A stretch of 15,529 nt of DNA, taken from contig JBDKRC010000097.1 of the NCBI GenBank assembly GCA_039683575.1, positions 1 through 15,529 on the forward strand, in the 5' to 3' direction. This document shows, piece by piece, positions 13,401 through 15,529 of this stretch (its first letter is position 1; each line of letters opens with the position of its first letter). Made by a program: the position numbers and the translations under genes. The notes beneath the pieces were generated by a model. The model ran no database searches, had not been told where the DNA came from, and worked only from the letters and a program-made list of their open reading frames with translations. The stretch is from Armatimonadia bacterium. GTDB lineage: Bacteria; Armatimonadota; Zipacnadia; Zipacnadales; UBA11051.

Positions 13401-15291
13401 TGCTGTAGCTCCCCGGCCCTTGCCACGAGGTGTTGTAGCCGAGGCAGACGATCCGCCCCTGTCCCTCCTCGCGCACAGCCAGCAGGGGACGCCGGTCACT
13501 CGCCTTCGCCCCGGTAGTTGCCGCCAGCAACTCTCCATTGGGCTTGTAGACCGAGCAACTCGTCTCCGGCAACGCCCGCCATGGAAGCCCCTGGGTGAGG
13601 TAATGCTGCTTCGCGTGCTCCGGCGGGGCCACTTCCGTCGTCCACGCCTGCAGCGGCAGGTTGGTGGGCTTGAACCCCGTCAGTGGCAGCAGCGCCTCGA
13701 ACTCCGCCGGGAGCTTGTTCGGCTGCACCCAGACCAGGCCCGTCCCCTTCCTGACCTTCTCCGTGATCGTCTGGAGCAGGTCCGGGCTGAAGAACTCCCC
13801 GGTCATCCCCCCGACCACGATTACGTCATAGTCGCGCTTGAGCGCCTCGCGAACATAGCCGCGTGCTTGCTCGAGGTTGATCTCCCTGTCGAGAAGCCCG
13901 ATGGTATAGCCTATCTCATAGGAGGAACCGACGGTCGGGGCCACATAGTCCAGGTCGAAGCGCTCGGCAAGCTCGACTGCCTCGCGGCCCGTGAGGAAGC
14001 TGTTGAGGATCAGAGCGCGGGTCTTGCCCCGGTAGTAGGGCTTGCCCCAGGGCACGTGCGGGGTGACAATCGCCTCGCTGGGCTTGAGGTCCGGCGGCGC
14101 ATTGCCTGCCGTGGTGAGTTTGTCGGCAAACCTCTCGCCTTCCCGGCCCAGACGCGGCTGTAGGGGCTGCAGCGCGTATGTCGTCGCCGCACCGACGGTG
14201 ACAGGCCGCTCGCAGTCGAGCAGCGTCTTACCGTCCTTGACGATCAAAGCCCGCACCACCGAAGTGCCGGCAGCGGCAGGCCTGACAGTGCCTTCATACG
14301 TGGGTGTGCCCGGCAACGACACCGGCTTGTCACCGAGTGGCTGTTCGGTCCCGTCAGGGCTCTTGAGGCTGAGCCGCAGCGTGGCTTCCAGGGGCTTCGG
14401 GGCGCTGAGGGTGATCTTGTACGGGACTTCGGCAGTCCCGGCCGGATACTCGGGCTTCACATCAATAGCCGCGACGACTTCGGGGGATGCTCCGGTGACG
14501 GTCGGCAACTTCGTGAAAGGCACCAGCCAGATCGTGGTATCGAGAGTCTCACCGTTCTTGATCTCAAAGGAGCGGTAGGCGAATTCCAGACCCGGCATGT
14601 CACCATGGAGCCACTGGTAGAAAGACATGAGGCGCTGGTAGTCCATGCAAAGAGCAAGCCCGTCGCCGCTTTCGCCGCGCACTGCCAGCCAGCCGCGGTC
14701 GGGCTGGTACCACCAGTACTCGCCCTTGGCCCCCGCGCCGTACGCAATCTCCTGTACCCGGCCATCGCTGGGGAGGTAGTACGTATTGCTCTCGCCGCGA
14801 ACGCCGGGACGGCCGTGGAACCACAAACCGATCTGCATCGGCGCCATGGCTTCCTGCGCTACCTCAAACCGATAGTCAGCCCGGACAGCGGGGCTGCCGC
14901 CAGTGATGGTGTAGCGCTTGTGGAAGATCATGCGCTCGGCGGGCCCACCCTTACCGCGCCCGGTCAATTCCACCGCGGCTTCGGTATCGCCGGGGAATGT
15001 CCGCACATCGTACGTCGTCTTTTCCCATTGCTGGTAGATGGCCGGATCGTTGTAGTTCCAGACGCGGTCAACAAACAGACCGGTCTCCTCGGCTACGAGG
15101 TGCTTACCTGTGGGCTTGTAGACAAGGTCCGCAATCTGGCCGCCACGAGCGGGGGCCACAACGACCCGCACGAGGTCATTCTCAAGCGTCACAGCGGGTT
15201 CGCCCCCTACGGGCTTCTCCTGAACCGTGCAGGCAGCCAGAAGCAGGCTGGGAAGAAAGACCAGGGCTAAGAGCATCATACCTTTGCGCAT
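10402..15291 (-). CDS. Large exported multidomain GH42-like glycoside hydrolase / beta-galactosidase trimerisation-domain protein (1629 aa), possible lipoprotein
   Basis: ATG 15291 follows GAGGAGG with an 8-nt spacer. Signal peptide MRKGMMLLALVFLPSLLLAAC (lipobox-like LAAC). N-terminal mutarotase-like segment (LENDLVRVVVAPARGGQI), GATase-like domain, GH42-like FRTWLQTQYPDLAALNAEWETSFKSWDEV, trimerisation-domain LILPYSQALS...FVQSGGVVIADGRPGLMDE, C-terminal beta-sandwiches. Confidence 0.88.
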   Translation of the reverse strand: MRKGMMLLALVFLPSLLLAACTVQEKPVGGEPAVTLENDLVRVVVAPARGGQIADLVYKPTGKHLVAEETGLFVDRVWNYNDPAIYQQWEKTTYDVRTFPGDTEAAVELTGRGKGGPAERMIFHKRYTITGGSPAVRADYRFEVAQEAMAPMQIGLWFHGRPGVRGESNTYYLPSDGRVQEIAYGAGAKGEYWWYQPDRGWLAVRGESGDGLALCMDYQRLMSFYQWLHGDMPGLEFAYRSFEIKNGETLDTTIWLVPFTKLPTVTGASPEVVAAIDVKPEYPAGTAEVPYKITLSAPKPLEATLRLSLKSPDGTEQPLGDKPVSLPGTPTYEGTVRPAAAGTSVVRALIVKDGKTLLDCERPVTVGAATTYALQPLQPRLGREGERFADKLTTAGNAPPDLKPSEAIVTPHVPWGKPYYRGKTRALILNSFLTGREAVELAERFDLDYVAPTVGSSYEIGYTIGLLDREINLEQARGYVREALKRDYDVIVVGGMTGEFFSPDLLQTITEKVRKGTGLVWVQPNKLPAEFEALLPLTGFKPTNLPLQAWTTEVAPPEHAKQHYLTQGLPWRALPETSCSVYKPNGELLAATTGAKASDRRPLLAVREEGQGRIVCLGYNTSWQGPGSYSNGLTPWVRNAPQRFPYWEYHYSLLGKSLLWAARREPETVITSIVSLVDSMPRPAGEAPQRAVRVRIQDAEKARGLQATVRVTDEFGNVVDERTMPACPQGDVGGFTYAFPAHLAQQHHLVDVILRDQGKVVDWASEEIHLGNATVALSPLEKPVYGAGDVISTTVKASLLNGEGQAGSVELTLTDALGREIARQSSPLTVPKGFTQDSLAVDCQLTVPEPLTTKGTLRAEVRDAKGVLAAGEQDVLLMPQRAATRDWGAMTWTLWGNPAGAYSNDHMQAAASDQVRLLGMDTVQISTSWLQPEENASNFAAGFRLLPYGLGGDPLRLSTTKTRDGKPGFQEQQAEYVKTGDKQYLQRPVSLEDPELRQKQAEKIASTLKVLNPFRPMGYCLGDELSTTYYVTPYDYDFSPVSLQSFRTWLQTQYPDLAALNAEWETSFKSWDEVMPLTALEVKGRTNFAPWADHRTYMEYAFSDYMKFVRNEIRKHDPEGRIGISGTQAAEAYGGFDWWRLAHTLDFIQSYDHQNTGEMHRSFDMVTLPWWGYAQKHPDVSVTMWNRFFNQAHGGSFFVYNYMLNPDLTLPQATADGLAAIKDQQQGLGTLFAGCERPADVLVHYSQPSIHAAYITNADDLFRNNREGWMKAIDDLGMQTEFIAYAEIEAGALKNAKALILPYSQALSAKEVAAIKAFVQSGGVVIADGRPGLMDEHCRTLAQGALDDVFGVTAPKVDPLEKMVPGEAAFTLPNQTAFTLDDYVAQPSLQVKGGKALGSLGDAPLFIVNNYGKGKAILLNSFVNQYPRRRDLQLGKETLRIVQAAFAAGGIGSPIKSEIEGGGVIVRRFTDAGVQYVGLLRDAKPGGSAVRLTLPAKLHVYNARASKYLGATDRISLNLAAGEAAVYALLPAAVTSVKVQPKDLSVKQGQTLTYSVGTVPSGAPRAYRVKVLGPDNQERTYYATQLRSGKGLANGAITFALNDSPGAWTISATDVATGVTGQAKVNLTK

Positions 15292-15304
15292 GGGGTGCGC
15301 CTCC

Positions 15305-15529
15305 TCATGGGGTGACCGGTAGCTGAATGGTGAAGCCAAAGCGTTCGTGCTGTCCCCGATAGGTATACAACCCGCCGTAGGGCAGGTTGGGCAGGGCGGT
15401 GGAGATGGCGAGATACTGGGTCCAGTCATCAAGCGTTACGCGGCCAGGATTGTCGAAGGTGAGATGGACCGGGCCGGCGGTGCTCTGCAGCGTCAGGTCC
15501 CATAGTCCCACGGTATCATTCCGGTTTGG
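15305..15529 (-). CDS. 3' end of hypothetical protein (open at window edge), likely co-transcribed with the large hydrolase
   Basis: The frame is open from 15529 (PNRNDTVGLWDLTLQ...FGFTIQLPVTP*). Its TGA overlaps the GAGGAGG SD of the next gene. Confidence 0.75.
   Translation of the reverse strand, partial: PNRNDTVGLWDLTLQSTAGPVHLTFDNPGRVTLDDWTQYLAISTALPNLPYGGLYTYRGQHERFGFTIQLPVTP

Noticed and set aside
11539-15270. Long + strand ORFs (406, 273, 221 aa and others)
   Set aside because: Antisense shadows of the large minus-strand gene.
15292-15432. 47-aa N-terminal extension with CPTCP motif in the ORF track
   Set aside because: It overlaps the upstream gene in another frame; the SD and signal peptide point to ATG 15291.

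Overview
GC-rich bacterial window; the gene mix suggests an Armatimonadota/PVC-like organism, but that is only an inference. The left part (1-5285, + strand) is a polymorphic Rhs array with two Rhs core-end cassettes. They share a 365-bp direct repeat (108/120 aa identical by hand alignment) and diverge at the same WWRW junction into unrelated C-terminal tips. Each tip is followed by an envelope-targeted partner gene: a multi-TM protein, then a signal-peptide TPR protein. A 215-bp element bounded by 21-bp inverted repeats separates this array from a tight operon encoding a Methyltransf_24-like methyltransferase, a GT4 glycosyltransferase, a signal-less YkuD-like/PG-binding cell-wall enzyme and a truncated metallophosphoesterase. 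A structured intergenic region follows (heptamer repeats, a nested REP/REPIN-like palindrome with a compensatory base change, a strand-biased hairpin, an operator-like site). The right part holds a UROD/MtaA-CmuA-family gene converging on a ~1629-aa exported GH42-like multidomain protein with an atypical catalytic signature, plus the 3' end of an upstream gene. No rRNA, tRNA, CRISPR array or transposase ORF was seen.
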